Assembly: GCF_003334785.1 (NCBI RefSeq)
Contig: NZ_QOWV01000001.1
Reading direction: 5' to 3' (one strand)
From: Escherichia coli
GTDB taxonomy: Bacteria > Pseudomonadota > Gammaproteobacteria > Enterobacterales > Enterobacteriaceae
DNA: 64,000 bases
Part shown: one piece after another, positions 30,197 to 42,355 of the stretch
How the letters are laid out: each line of letters begins with the position of its first letter
Position numbering within the stretch: position 1 is the first letter of the stretch
Notes under the pieces: model-generated
The model's database searches: none
What the model was told of the DNA's origin: nothing
Seen by the model: only the letters and a program-made list of their open reading frames with translations
Translations under genes and position numbers: made by a program

Positions 30197-31150
30197 ATGA
30201 GTACACTTGAACCTGCTGCCCAGTCGAAACCGCCGGGCGGATTTAAGCTGTGGTTGTCGCAGCTGCAAATGAAGCATGGGCGCAAACTGGTCATTGCGTT
30301 GCCATATATCTGGTTGATCTTGCTGTTTCTGCTGCCATTTCTGATTGTCTTTAAAATAAGCCTGGCGGAGATGGCGCGCGCTATTCCACCTTATACCGAA
30401 CTGATGGAGTGGGCTGACGGGCAACTGTCCATCACTCTTAATCTCGGTAATTTTCTGCAACTGACCGACGATCCGCTCTATTTCGATGCTTATCTCCAGT
30501 CGCTACAGGTGGCTGCGATTTCGACATTTTGCTGTTTACTGATCGGCTATCCGCTGGCGTGGGCGGTGGCGCACAGTAAGCCTTCGACCCGTAATATTTT
30601 ATTACTACTGGTGATCCTGCCGTCGTGGACCTCGTTTCTGATCCGCGTTTATGCCTGGATGGGAATATTAAAAAACAACGGTGTGCTGAATAATTTTCTG
30701 CTGTGGCTGGGGGTTATCGATCAACCGCTGACCATTCTGCATACCAATCTGGCCGTTTATATCGGCATTGTTTACGCTTACGTGCCGTTTATGGTACTGC
30801 CGATTTATACCGCGTTGATTCGTATTGATTATTCGCTGGTGGAAGCAGCGCTGGATCTCGGTGCACGACCGCTGAAAACGTTCTTTACTGTGATCGTGCC
30901 GCTGACTAAAGGTGGGATTATTGCCGGATCGATGCTGGTGTTTATCCCGGCTGTGGGCGAGTTTGTGATCCCGGAACTGCTCGGTGGCCCGGACAGCATC
31001 ATGATCGGGCGCGTGCTATGGCAAGAGTTTTTCAATAACCGCGACTGGCCGGTGGCCTCGGCGGTAGCGATCATCATGTTGCTGCTGCTAATTGTGCCGA
31101 TAATGTGGTTCCACAAACACCAGCAAAAAAGCGTGGGAGAACACGGATGA
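30197..31150 (+). CDS. potH: Putrescine ABC transporter permease PotH
   Basis: 317-aa polytopic ORF; operon position. Confidence 0.9.
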   Translation: MSTLEPAAQSKPPGGFKLWLSQLQMKHGRKLVIALPYIWLILLFLLPFLIVFKISLAEMARAIPPYTELMEWADGQLSITLNLGNFLQLTDDPLYFDAYLQSLQVAAISTFCCLLIGYPLAWAVAHSKPSTRNILLLLVILPSWTSFLIRVYAWMGILKNNGVLNNFLLWLGVIDQPLTILHTNLAVYIGIVYAYVPFMVLPIYTALIRIDYSLVEAALDLGARPLKTFFTVIVPLTKGGIIAGSMLVFIPAVGEFVIPELLGGPDSIMIGRVLWQEFFNNRDWPVASAVAIIMLLLLIVPIMWFHKHQQKSVGEHG

Positions 31151-31992
31151 ATAATTTACCGGTAGTTCGTTCGCCCTGGCGGATTGTGATTTTGCTGCTG
31201 GGCTTTACCTTTCTCTACGCGCCAATGCTGATGCTGGTTATCTATTCGTTTAACAGCTCGAAGCTGGTGACGGTGTGGGCCGGCTGGTCAACGCGCTGGT
31301 ATGGTGAGTTATTGCGCGATGACGCGATGATGAGTGCGGTTGGTTTAAGTCTGACAATTGCGGCCTGTGCGGCGACGGCGGCGGCGATCCTCGGAACTAT
31401 TGCGGCGGTGGTGCTGGTGCGCTTTGGCAGGTTTCGCGGATCAAATGGCTTTGCCTTTATGATCACCGCGCCGCTGGTAATGCCAGATGTCATCACGGGC
31501 TTGTCGCTGTTGTTATTATTCGTCGCGCTTGCTCATGCCATTGGCTGGCCTGCGGACCGCGGTATGCTCACCATCTGGCTGGCGCATGTCACTTTTTGTA
31601 CGGCTTATGTGGCGGTCGTTATTTCTTCAAGATTGCGGGAACTGGATCGCTCGATAGAAGAAGCAGCGATGGATCTCGGTGCGACGCCGCTGAAAGTGTT
31701 TTTCGTCATTACGCTACCGATGATCATGCCCGCGATCATTTCTGGCTGGTTACTGGCTTTTACTTTGTCGCTTGATGATCTGGTGATCGCCAGCTTTGTT
31801 TCCGGGCCGGGAGCCACCACGTTACCGATGCTGGTCTTTTCCAGCGTGCGGATGGGGGTGAATCCGGAAATCAACGCCCTGGCAACATTGATCCTCGGCG
31901 CGGTCGGAATTGTCGGATTTATCGCCTGGTATCTGATGGCTCGCGCAGAAAAACAGCGGATACGCGACATCCAGCGTGCAAGACGTGGCTGA
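31147..31992 (+). CDS. potI: Putrescine ABC transporter permease PotI
   Basis: ORF trimmed to MNNLPVVRSPW (281 aa); ATGA overlap with potH. Confidence 0.9.
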   Translation: MNNLPVVRSPWRIVILLLGFTFLYAPMLMLVIYSFNSSKLVTVWAGWSTRWYGELLRDDAMMSAVGLSLTIAACAATAAAILGTIAAVVLVRFGRFRGSNGFAFMITAPLVMPDVITGLSLLLLFVALAHAIGWPADRGMLTIWLAHVTFCTAYVAVVISSRLRELDRSIEEAAMDLGATPLKVFFVITLPMIMPAIISGWLLAFTLSLDDLVIASFVSGPGATTLPMLVFSSVRMGVNPEINALATLILGAVGIVGFIAWYLMARAEKQRIRDIQRARRG

Positions 31993-32051
31993 AGACACTA
32001 AAATTTGCCAACCTGGCTACATAATGCCGCGCATGTCGCGGCATTGTTTTC

Positions 32052-32540
32052 ATGGAAGACGAAACGTTGGGATTTTTTAAGAAAACATCTTCATCTCATG
32101 CTCGCCTGAATGTGCCTGCGCTGGTGCAGGTGGCGGCGCTCGCCATTATTATGATCCGTGGCCTCGACGTGCTGATGATTTTCAATACGCTGGGCGTGCG
32201 CGGTATTGGCGAGTTCATTCATCGCAGCGTACAAACCTGGAGTTTAACGCTGGTCTTTTTAAGCAGTCTGGTGCTGGTTTTCATTGAGATCTGGTGTGCG
32301 TTTTCACTGGTGAAAGGGCGTCGCTGGGCGCGCTGGCTATATCTGCTGACACAAATCACCGCCGCAAGTTACTTGTGGGCGGCTTCGCTGGGGTACGGTT
32401 ATCCGGAGCTGTTCAGCATTCCCGGTGAATCAAAACGTGAAATCTTCCATAGCCTGATGCTGCAGAAGCTGCCGGATATGCTCATCCTGATGCTGCTGTT
32501 CGTTCCCTCGACCAGTCGGCGGTTCTTCCAGTTGCAATAA
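32052..32540 (+). CDS. ybjO: Inner membrane protein YbjO
   Basis: 162-aa hydrophobic ORF; K-12 position. Confidence 0.8.
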   Translation: MEDETLGFFKKTSSSHARLNVPALVQVAALAIIMIRGLDVLMIFNTLGVRGIGEFIHRSVQTWSLTLVFLSSLVLVFIEIWCAFSLVKGRRWARWLYLLTQITAASYLWAASLGYGYPELFSIPGESKREIFHSLMLQKLPDMLILMLLFVPSTSRRFFQLQ

Positions 32541-32580
32541 TGTGTATAATCGTCGCCCCTGATGATGTGAAGGTCAATGT

Positions 32581-33708
32581 ATGCAGTGCGCACTTTACGA
32601 CGCGGGTCGCTGTCGTTCCTGTCAGTGGATAATGCAGCCGATTCCAGAGCAACTCTCCGCTAAAACCGCCGATCTTAAAAATCTGCTCGCCGACTTTCCG
32701 GTTGAGGAATGGTGCGCGCCGGTGTCAGGCCCGGAACAAGGGTTTCGTAATAAAGCCAAAATGGTGGTGAGTGGTAGCGTTGAAAAACCACTGCTCGGTA
32801 TGCTGCATCGCGATGGCACACCAGAAGACCTTTGTGACTGCCCGCTTTATCCTGCCTCATTTGCGCCCGTTTTTGCGGCGCTAAAACCGTTTATCGCCCG
32901 AGCGGGGTTAACGCCCTACAACGTGGCGCGTAAGCGTGGCGAACTGAAATACATTCTGCTGACTGAAAGCCAGAGTGATGGAGGCATGATGCTGCGCTTT
33001 GTACTGCGTTCTGATACCAAGCTGGCGCAACTGCGTAAGGCGCTGCCGTGGTTACACGAACAACTACCGCAGCTGAAAGTTATTACCGTCAATATTCAGC
33101 CGGTACATATGGCGATTATGGAAGGGGAGACGGAGATCTACCTGACCGAACAACAGGCACTGGCGGAGCGTTTTAATGACGTACCGCTGTGGATCCGTCC
33201 GCAAAGTTTCTTCCAGACTAATCCGGCGGTCGCCAGCCAGTTGTACGCCACCGCGCGCGACTGGGTACGACAGCTGCCGGTTAAACATATGTGGGATCTG
33301 TTCTGCGGTGTGGGGGGCTTTGGTTTACACTGCGCGACGCCTGACATGCAGTTAACCGGGATCGAAATTGCATCAGAGGCCATTGCCTGTGCAAAGCAGT
33401 CAGCCGCTGAACTGGGCTTAACGCGTTTGCAATTTCAGGCGCTGGACTCCACTCAGTTTGCCACCGCTCAGGGGGATGTGCCGGAGCTGGTGCTGGTTAA
33501 CCCGCCGCGCCGCGGCATTGGTAAACCGCTGTGTGATTATCTCTCAACGATGGCACCGCGTTTTATCATCTACTCCAGCTGTAACGCCCAAACTATGGCG
33601 AAAGATATCCGCGAACTGCCTGGGTTTCGTATTGAACGGGTGCAGCTTTTCGATATGTTCCCGCATACCGCGCACTATGAAGTGCTGACGCTGCTGGTGA
33701 AGCAATAA
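32581..33708 (+). CDS. rlmC: 23S rRNA m5U747 methyltransferase RlmC (RumB)
   Basis: 375-aa ORF with N-terminal Cys cluster (CxxxxxCxxC) and C-terminal SAM-MTase region; recognised by recall. Confidence 0.9.
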
Positions 33709-33748
33709 AAAAGCCGCATGTGCGGCTTCAGATTGCTGACAAAGTGCG

Positions 33749-33847
<99 letters not shown>

Positions 33848-33906
33848 GCATCAGGCAATTTTACCTTTGTCATCAGTCTCAAGCCGCGGTTGCGGCTTTC
33901 TGAATC

Positions 33907-34638
33907 TTACTGTGGGAACCACTGGTCACTGATTTTTTGATAAGTACCGTCAGCTTTAATTGCTGCCAGCGCGTTATTCAGTTTTTCCAGCAGGGCTTTG
34001 TTATCCGGACGTACAGCGATGCCCAGGCCGGTGCCAAAATATTGCGGATCGGTCACTTTCTCAGTAGCAACACCAAGTTGTGGATTGGTTTTCAGCCATT
34101 CGTTTACCACCGCTGTGTCACCAAATACCCCATCAATACGACCATTTTTCAGATCGATAAAGGCATTCTGATAACTGTCATAAGAGACAGTTTTCACTTC
34201 CGGGTGCTGATCCTGAATATATTTCTGGTGCGTAGTACCGTTTTCCATCCCAATACGTTTGCCTTTCAGATCGGCAAACGTTTTGTAGGTATCTTTTTTG
34301 GCAATCACGACGGCTGAGTTTTCATAGTAGGGCGTGGTAAACGATACCTGTTTGCTACGCTCCGGGGTGATATCCATACCGGAGATTACGGCGTCATATT
34401 TTCTGAATTTCAGGGACGGGATCAGGCTGTCGAACGCGTGATTAGTAAAAGTACATTCTGCCTGCATTTGTTTGCACAAGGCTTTTGCCAGATCGATATC
34501 AAAGCCGACAATCTCATTATTAGCACCTATAGATTCAAAGGGTGGATAGGTGGCTGAAACGCCAAAATTGATTTTCTCTGCGGCAGAAGCACCGAAAGTA
34601 AAGGAAGCAAGTAAAGCGGCAAGAACTAACTTTTTCAT
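33907..34638 (-). CDS. artJ: Arginine ABC transporter periplasmic binding protein ArtJ
   Basis: ORF trimmed to MKKLVLAALLASFTFGASA (243 aa); paralogue of artI in this window. Confidence 0.9.
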   Translation of the reverse strand: MKKLVLAALLASFTFGASAAEKINFGVSATYPPFESIGANNEIVGFDIDLAKALCKQMQAECTFTNHAFDSLIPSLKFRKYDAVISGMDITPERSKQVSFTTPYYENSAVVIAKKDTYKTFADLKGKRIGMENGTTHQKYIQDQHPEVKTVSYDSYQNAFIDLKNGRIDGVFGDTAVVNEWLKTNPQLGVATEKVTDPQYFGTGLGIAVRPDNKALLEKLNNALAAIKADGTYQKISDQWFPQ

Positions 34639-34753
34639 GATGGAACTCCCGTCTGTCAATCTTATGATTTTTGGCCGTGTCTGCGGCATGGGATAACAAT
34701 GCCATCAAGTGAATTTATATGCAATAAACATGATTAAATAATTTAAATGAAAT

Positions 34754-34787
34754 AAAAAAGACGGACAACTTAGTGGGTTGTCCGTCT
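34754..34787 (-). terminator. Rho-independent terminator of the artPIQM operon
   Basis: 11-bp stem agacggacaac/gttgtccgtct with 7-nt loop; on the minus strand followed by tttttt. Confidence 0.6.
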
Positions 34788-34810
34788 TCATTATAAGAAT
34801 TTATGCACTA

Positions 34811-34899
34811 TGTAGGCCGGATAAGGCGTCCCCGCCGCATCCGGCACAGGCACCGTGCTGATGTCTGATGCGACGCTGGCGCGTCTTATCAGACCTACA
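34811..34899. repeat. Pair of REP elements between artM and artJ
   Basis: tgtaggccggataaggcgtccccgccgcatccggca and tgatgcgacgctggcgcgtcttatcagacctaca. Confidence 0.65.
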
Positions 34900-34928
34900 A
34901 AACCCCCCGGCGAATGTACGCAGCCACA

Positions 34929-35597
34929 TTAATTTCGCCGTTCGAATGCCAGCGCTTTGCGCTCGATCAGACGCATCATCAGCGTCAGCAGGCCGTTAAC
35001 GACCAGGTAAATAATCCCTGCCGCACCGAACACCATTACATCGTAGGTGCGTCCGTACAACAACTGGCTGTATCCCATCACTTCCATCAGCGTAATGGTG
35101 TATGCCAGAGAGGTACTTTTGAATACCAGCACCACTTCGTTGGAATAAGAAGAGAGCGAGCGTTTAAAGGCATACGGCAGCAGGATCGCCAGCGTATCTT
35201 TTTTGCTCATTCCCAGGGCGCTACAGGACTGCCACTGACCTTCCGGGATCGCACGAATTGCACCGTAAAACAGCTGCGTGGTATACGCCGCACTATTCAG
35301 CGACAACGCAATCAGCGCACATAACCACGGTTCTGACAACAAATGCCACAGTGCCGGATACTCCTGCAAAGTCGGAAACTGGCCCGGCCCGTAATAAATC
35401 AGGAAGATCTGCACCAGCAGCGGCGTACCGGTAAACAGCGTGATATAACCCCGCACCAGCCACACCAGCACCGGCGTTTTCAGCGTCAGGATGATGGTAA
35501 AAATCAATGCCAGAATCAGTGCCACAATCAGCGAGGCAACGGTTAGCGTCAGGCTGGTGTGTAGCCCTTTCATCAGTTCGGGTAAATACTCAAACAT
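34929..35597 (-). CDS. artM: Arginine ABC transporter permease ArtM
   Basis: 222-aa polytopic ORF; operon position. Confidence 0.9.
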   Translation of the reverse strand: MFEYLPELMKGLHTSLTLTVASLIVALILALIFTIILTLKTPVLVWLVRGYITLFTGTPLLVQIFLIYYGPGQFPTLQEYPALWHLLSEPWLCALIALSLNSAAYTTQLFYGAIRAIPEGQWQSCSALGMSKKDTLAILLPYAFKRSLSSYSNEVVLVFKSTSLAYTITLMEVMGYSQLLYGRTYDVMVFGAAGIIYLVVNGLLTLMMRLIERKALAFERRN

Positions 35598-36313
35598 TAG
35601 CTGGGCCTCCGCTCAAAACGTGTCGCGCGCAGGTCAATGCGTTTGAGAATGTACTGACTGAGCAGGGTGATCACCAGGTAAATCGCCGCCGCCACAATGT
35701 ACCAGGTAAATGGTTCCTGGGTACGAGTAGCGATGCTTTTTGTTTGCAGCATTAAATCATTCACACTAATCAAACTGACCAGCGCGGTATCTTTCAGCAG
35801 CACCAGCCACTGGTTACCGAGGCCAGGCAGCGCATGACGCCACATCTGCGGCATCACCAGACGGAAAAAGATAGCCGATTTCGACAGCCCCAGCGCCTGA
35901 CCAGACTCCCACTGACCCACCGGCACCGCTTTCAACGCGCCCCGAAGCGTTTGCGAGGCATAGGCGGCATACAGCAGTGACAGAGCGATGACACCACAAA
36001 GGAACGGGCTAACGTCGAAGTTCTCAATGTCCATCTGCACTGGGATCTGCACGAACCCAAGATTGATAGTGAAGCCATCCGAAAGCGTCAGCAGCAGCTG
36101 CGAGGAGCCAAAATAGATAAACAGCACCACCAGAATTTCTGGCAGGCCACGCAGAATGGTTACCAGCGCTGAACCTGCCCACGCGACAGGACGCCATTTT
36201 GCCGACTCCCATACCGCAAAGAACATCGCCAGCGCCAGCCCGACAATCAATGCACAAACGGCAAGGCCGACGGTCATCCCGGCGGCGCTTGCTAAAGGAA
36301 AAAATTCATTCAT
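35597..36313 (-). CDS. artQ: Arginine ABC transporter permease ArtQ
   Basis: 238-aa polytopic ORF. Confidence 0.9.
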
Positions 36314-36319
36314 CAGGAA

Positions 36320-37051
36320 TTACTTCTGGAACCATTTGTTGTAGATGGTTTCGTAAGTGCCATCTTTCTTCACTTTTTCCAGCGCAGTGTTGAGTTTCTG
36401 CTGCAGCTCAGTGTTGCCCTGACGTACCGCGATGCCGAGGCCAGTGCCGAAGTAATCTTTATCGGTCACTTTGTCGCCCACCGCCGCCAGTTTCGGGTTA
36501 TCTTTCAGCCACTCAGTGACCACTGCGGTGTCACCGAAGACGCCGTCGATACGCCCGTTTTGCAGATCCAGTTTTGCGTTCTGGTAGCTGTCATACGGAA
36601 CGGTAGTGATTTCCGGGTGCTTATCCATAATGAATTTCTGGTGTGTCGTCCCGTTCTGTACGCCGACTTTTTTGCCTTTCAGCTGATCAACACTGGTGTA
36701 TTTGCCTTGCTGACCCACAAACAGGGCAGAGTTGTCATAGTACGGGGTGGTAAACAGCACCTGCTTTTCACGCTCCGGAGTGATATCCATGCCCGCCATC
36801 ACGGCTTCTACGCGACGGAATTTCAGGCTTGGGATCAGGCTGTCAAACGCCTGGTTAGAGAAAGTGCAGGTTGCATCAATCTCTTTACACAGCGCTTGTG
36901 CCAGGTCGACGTCAAAACCAACGATCTGGTTGTTTGCATCAATCGATTCAAACGGAGGATAGGAGGCTTCGGTAGCAAAACGAATGGTTTCGGCAGCTGT
37001 GGCGGAAAGACTAAAACCTGCAATTAACGCGGCAATCAGAACTTTTTTCAT
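36320..37051 (-). CDS. artI: Arginine ABC transporter periplasmic binding protein ArtI
   Basis: 243-aa ORF with signal peptide; clearly paralogous to ArtJ. Confidence 0.9.
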   Translation of the reverse strand: MKKVLIAALIAGFSLSATAAETIRFATEASYPPFESIDANNQIVGFDVDLAQALCKEIDATCTFSNQAFDSLIPSLKFRRVEAVMAGMDITPEREKQVLFTTPYYDNSALFVGQQGKYTSVDQLKGKKVGVQNGTTHQKFIMDKHPEITTVPYDSYQNAKLDLQNGRIDGVFGDTAVVTEWLKDNPKLAAVGDKVTDKDYFGTGLGIAVRQGNTELQQKLNTALEKVKKDGTYETIYNKWFQK

Positions 37052-37068
37052 TGTTGTTATCCCGAATC

Positions 37069-37797
37069 TTAGTGAGAGAGATAGTTTTTAAATGCTTCGG
37101 TTTGCGGCTCGGTAAAGCAGCTCGCGTCGCCTTGTTCTACGATATGACCATTTTCCATATACACCACTCGGCTGGCGGTTTTACGCGCCACTTCAACTTC
37201 GTGGGTGACGATCACCTGGGTAATATTCGTTTCTGCCAGCTCACGAATGATGCTGACGATTTGTGCCGTAATTTCCGGGTCCAGTGCGGCGGTCGGTTCA
37301 TCGAACAGCAGTACCTGCGGTTCCATCATCAACGCACGGGCAATAGCAACACGCTGCTGCTGACCACCAGAAAGATGCAGCGGGTAACGATCGCTATAAG
37401 GTTTGAGACGCAGACGTTCCAGCAGTTTTTCTGCACGGGCCAGCGCCTGATCTTTACTCAACCCCAGTACACGGCAGGGCGCTTCAATCAGGTTTTGCTG
37501 CACGGTCAGATGCGGCCACAGGTTGTATTGCTGAAACACCATGCCAACGTTACGACGCAAATCGCGAATCGCTTTGTCAGAGGGTGTTTTGGTGAAATCG
37601 AAATGGTTGCCTGCAATGTTGAGCGTACCGGAGCGCGGCATCTCAAGCAGATTGAGTACACGCAGCAGCGAGCTTTTACCCGCGCCGCTGGGGCCAAGTA
37701 ACACCAGCGTTTCGCCCTGTGGGCAATCCAGCGTGATATCGAACAGCGCCTGATGCGCGCCGTAGAAGCAATTAATGCCGTTTAATTGAATACTCAT
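37069..37797 (-). CDS. artP: Arginine ABC transporter ATPase ArtP
   Basis: ORF trimmed to [13 protein letters not shown] (242 aa); Walker [10 protein letters not shown] and ABC signature LSGGQQQR. Confidence 0.9.
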
Positions 37798-38014
37798 TGA
37801 CACTCGTATACTGGCAGTCTGATAGCTATTGAGGTCGAAGATAGTACCTTTGACAGAATAATTATGCAATATTTCTGCTTTAAAAGTTAAAAGCAAAGCG
37901 CATTATTCAATAAACATAGCACAAAATAACGGGGGCGGTGGTCGGCGAGCATAAATGTCGGCATTCCTCACGAAATGCCGGACAATTTACGGGGTTTATT
38001 GGTTGATCAAGGCG

Positions 38015-38530
38015 TTAGCGATTCTCGATGGACTGACGGAGCGTACCCGCCGTGGCATGAACGCTACCGCCTAAGTAACGCACATCGTCGATGACCCAAC
38101 ACTGGCCTTCCTGAATCATTAACACTTCATCCTGCCAACCCTGGTCACCCTGTTTGAGATCCACGCGCAATGGAATGTTACGGGCATCACGATTAGGGAT
38201 AGTCGATGCACTGGCAACGTGGGCGCTATCTGGCAAGGTGGTTCGACTGGAGAATGGATCGTTGGTCAGTAGTTCCCGATGGTTATTATCCCGGGAGGCA
38301 TCGCTAAGCAGTGTCGCCAGTTTGTCGCTCAGATAAGGGCGCAAGGCGGTGATGTCGTTGCTGCGGTGCAAAATGCGGTAGTCATAAAATTGCTGGGCCA
38401 CGTTATCCGGGCCTCCTTCAACGCAAGGACCACTGCGTGTGCCGTTATCTTTATAAGCTGGAGTGACTGTGGTGCAGGCACTGAGGAGCAGTGCGCAGGG
38501 GATAAGCATTGTCAATTTGCTGTAGCGCAT
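38015..38530 (-). CDS. ybjP: Lipoprotein YbjP
   Basis: 171-aa ORF with lipobox LLSAC. Confidence 0.85.
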   Translation of the reverse strand: MRYSKLTMLIPCALLLSACTTVTPAYKDNGTRSGPCVEGGPDNVAQQFYDYRILHRSNDITALRPYLSDKLATLLSDASRDNNHRELLTNDPFSSRTTLPDSAHVASASTIPNRDARNIPLRVDLKQGDQGWQDEVLMIQEGQCWVIDDVRYLGGSVHATAGTLRQSIENR

Positions 38531-38655
38531 AATGATTTCCTTATAAGCGATCGCTCTGAAAGCGTTCTACGATAATAATGATATCCTTTCAATAATAGCG
38601 TATCAGTCTGATAATGCTTTTGAGATCGAAGGCTTAGCAAACAAGGAGATCGATC

Positions 38656-38979
38656 ATGCAATTTTCTACAACCCCAACTCTGGAAGGCCAGACCATCGTT
38701 GAATATTGCGGTGTGGTGACCGGCGAAGCGATTTTAGGTGCCAATATTTTCCGTGATTTCTTTGCCGGTATCCGCGATATCGTTGGCGGACGTTCCGGTG
38801 CGTATGAAAAAGAACTGCGTAAAGCACGGGAGATCGCCTTTGAGGAATTAGGCTCCCAGGCGCGGGCGCTGGGGGCCGATGCCGTCGTCGGTATTGATAT
38901 CGACTACGAAACGGTCGGGCAAAACGGCAGTATGCTGATGGTTAGCGTCAGCGGTACGGCGGTGAAAACGCGTCGATGA
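38656..38979 (+). CDS. ybjQ: UPF0145-family protein YbjQ
   Basis: 107-aa ORF; overlaps the amiD start. Confidence 0.85.
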
Positions 38980-39806
38980 GAAGATTCTTCTGGCTGGTCG
39001 CTGCCGCTCTGTTATTGGCAGGGTGTGCAGGCGAAAAAGGCATTGTCGAGAAAGAGGGATATCAGCTTGATACCCGACGCCAGGCGCAGGCGGCGTATCC
39101 GCGCATTAAAGTGCTGGTGATCCACTACACCGCAGATGATTTTGATAGCTCGCTGGCGACACTGACCGATAAGCAGGTCAGCTCGCATTATCTGGTCCCT
39201 GCGGTACCACCGCGATACAACGGTAAACCGCGCATCTGGCAACTGGTGCCGGAACAAGAACTGGCCTGGCATGCGGGGATTAGCGCCTGGCGCGGGGCAA
39301 CGCGCCTTAACGACACCTCTATTGGCATTGAGCTGGAAAACCGTGGCTGGCAAAAATCGGCCGGAGTGAAATATTTTGCCCCGTTTGAACCGGCACAGAT
39401 TCAGGCGCTTATTCCACTGGCGAAAGATATTATTGCCCGTTATCACATCAAGCCGGAAAACGTAGTGGCACATGCGGATATCGCACCGCAGCGCAAAGAC
39501 GATCCGGGGCCATTATTTCCCTGGCAGCAACTGGCGCAGCAGGGGATTGGTGCCTGGCCGGATGCGCAGCGGGTTAACTTTTACCTTGCCGGGCGCGCGC
39601 CGCACACACCGGTAGATACCGCGTCATTGCTGGAGCTTTTGGCGCGCTACGGTTATGACGTTAAACCTGATATGACACCGCGCGAGCAGCGGCGCGTGAT
39701 TATGGCATTCCAGATGCATTTCCGCCCGACGTTATATAACGGCGAAGCGGATGCAGAAACTCAGGCGATTGCCGAAGCATTGCTGGAGAAATACGGGCAG
39801 GATTAG
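38976..39806 (+). CDS. amiD: N-acetylmuramoyl-L-alanine amidase AmiD (lipoprotein)
   Basis: 276-aa ORF with lipobox LLAGC; recognised by recall. Confidence 0.9.
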
Positions 39807-40816
39807 CGCGGCAGTTTTCCGTGGTCGCGTAGCCAGGCGGCAGTTTTCTCGATACCTTCATCCAGGGTGATGACCGGCTGATAACCTAACTCTTCCTGCG
39901 CACGCGTAATATCCAGCGTAAAGTCAAAATTCAACTTGGAGACGCCGTAGTGGGTCAGCGGCGGCTCTTTTGCTGACTTGCGGCCTAAACGCTCCATGCT
40001 GCGGGCGATCATATCCAGCATCGGGTAGGGGACGGAACGAATACGACAGTCAATATTCAACTCGTCGATCAGCTTCTGCACGATGCTGCGCAGTGTGCGA
40101 TGCTCGCCGTTGGTGATGTTGTACACACGCCCGGAAGGTAGCTTATCGCAGGCTTCCTGGCTTGCCAGCCACATTGCGTGCACGGCATTTTCATAGTAGG
40201 TCATATCGACCAGCGCACTGCCGCCATGCGGTAACAGAATACTGCCGTAGTGGTGCATCATATGCGCCAGACGGGGAATAAAGACTTTATCGTGCGGTCC
40301 GAACAGACTTTGTGGGCGCAGAATAGTAAAGCGCGTTTGTGGATTCGCCTGCGAAAGCATATTGATCACTTCTTCGCTGGCTGCTTTGCTGCGGGCAAAC
40401 TCGTTGGCGAAGCGGTGAGGGCGAAAATCTTCTTTAATATCGCGATGGTGGTGATAATCGAAGTACAGGGAGGGGGAAGAGATATGAATAAAGTTACGCA
40501 CACCCCAGGCGACAGCCCATTCACCCAGGCGGCGAGTGGCGCGAACGTTAGCCAGATCGAAAGCCTGTTGTGTCCCCCAGGGTGAGGTAAAGCTGGAGCA
40601 GTGCCACAGCGTATCAATGCCCGCGAGCATCACTTTAGCTTGTGATGAAACCAGCTCGGTCAGATCCGCCGGAACAAACTCTGCGCCCATTTTTTCCAGC
40701 AATTTGCCCATTGCCTCGTTGCGACCGGTCGCTCGCACGCTGATGCCTTTCTGGCATAAAAACTCTACCGCGTTTCGACCTAAGCCGCTGGTGGCGCCGG
40801 TAACCAGTACCTTCAT
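39803..40816 (-). CDS. ybjS: NAD-dependent epimerase/dehydratase family protein YbjS
   Basis: ORF trimmed to [17 protein letters not shown] (Rossmann GxxGxxG), 337 aa. Confidence 0.8.
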   Translation of the reverse strand: MKVLVTGATSGLGRNAVEFLCQKGISVRATGRNEAMGKLLEKMGAEFVPADLTELVSSQAKVMLAGIDTLWHCSSFTSPWGTQQAFDLANVRATRRLGEWAVAWGVRNFIHISSPSLYFDYHHHRDIKEDFRPHRFANEFARSKAASEEVINMLSQANPQTRFTILRPQSLFGPHDKVFIPRLAHMMHHYGSILLPHGGSALVDMTYYENAVHAMWLASQEACDKLPSGRVYNITNGEHRTLRSIVQKLIDELNIDCRIRSVPYPMLDMIARSMERLGRKSAKEPPLTHYGVSKLNFDFTLDITRAQEELGYQPVITLDEGIEKTAAWLRDHGKLPR

Positions 40817-40914
40817 ATCAATCCACTGTTGTTGAGAAAATAACGTGCGCATTCTTCCGTGATTTCCCCCATGATGCAATGGGAAACATGAAAGAATAAC
40901 GCAGGTTTTGTCGA

Positions 40915-42345
40915 TTAATCTGTGCTTTGTTCTGCCAGTCTGGCGATTTGTTTTGCCATTCCGCGAAAAATAAACAGATGCGCGGGGATCATCAATAACC
41001 AGTAAAACAGCCCCGGCATACCGTGCGGATGCCAGAAAGCGCGGACATCGATAGTACGATAGTCGCCTTTATCTTCCAGGCTAAAACACAGTCGTCCCAG
41101 CCCCGGCGCTTTCATGCCAAATAACAACGTAAGTTGTTTTTCCGGTTCAACGACAATCACTTTCCAGCTATCCACCGCATCGCCAGTCTGTAAATATTCG
41201 CGCTCCGGGCGGCCTTTCGCCAGCTTATGACCGATCGCGCGGTCCATCAACGCCCGTGTCTGCCACAAAATATTGCCAAAGAAATAACGCTCTTTACCGC
41301 CGATTTGGTTCACTACCTGCCATAAAGCAGCAAGGCTGGCGGACGTTTTAACGGTAAACCCCGCCTGTTTGGCAAAATAACCGTACTCCGGTCGCCAGCG
41401 GGCAAAGGCCTGAGCGTCGTAGCCCCAGTCGCTGGAGTTGACCAGTTTTTCCTCCTCTTTCAACGTGCTACGTACCGCGTCATCGAAAGCGATCAGCCGT
41501 TGTGGGATGAGTGCACGTAGCGCGGTATCATCCGCCAGCAGATCGTGTTTCAGCCCCTGAATCAACGCCCTGGCGGTGGTGGGCGGTACGGAAGTAATCA
41601 CATTGAGAAACCACACCGAAATCCAGCGGGTGGGGAGGGGGATGGGGATCAACCAGCGGCGCTTACCGCTCACCGCCATAAAATGTTCAAACTGTTGCTG
41701 ATAACTGAGCACCTCTGGTCCGGCGGCTTCGAAGATGCGGTGTTCGCTGGCCGGATGATCTAACAACGCAACCAGATAGTGCAGCAAGTTTTCCAGCGCA
41801 ATGGGCGTGGTGCGTGAACGAACCCAGCGCGGAGGCGTTAAGACTGGCAGGTTGTAGACCATATCGCGCATGACTTCGAACGCCGCGGAACCTGCGCCAA
41901 CGATAATTCCGGCCCGCAGTTCGGTCACGGGTACATTCGCTTCACGCAGAATGTCCGCCGTAGCCTGACGAGCACGCAGATGATCCGACTGCTCATGTGG
42001 CGGGGCCTGCAACGAACTAAGAAAGATTAATTGCTTAACTGGTACTTCACGTAGCGCATCGCGGACGTTGAGAGCCACCTGGCGCTCCTGAGCGATAAAA
42101 TCGCCGCCTTCGCCCATGCTGTGCACCAGAAAATAGACCGTATCGATATCCTGCAACAGGGCCGGTAGGTTATCCGGCCAGCTGAGATCGACTTTATGGC
42201 AACTGACGTTTGCCAGTTGCAGCTTTGCAAGCCTGTCGACATGACGTGCCGCCGCCAGGATCTGATGCCCTTGCTGGCTGAGTGTGCGCACCAGATGCTG
42301 ACCAATGTAGCCACTGGCACCGAGAACTAAAATGCGTTGCGGCAC
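40915..42345 (-). CDS. ybjT: NAD(P)-binding domain protein YbjT
   Basis: ORF 40915-42420; start assigned to GTG at 42345 giving (M)[15 protein letters not shown] (476 aa); start is uncertain. Confidence 0.75.
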
Positions 42346-42355
42346 GTCTCTCTCC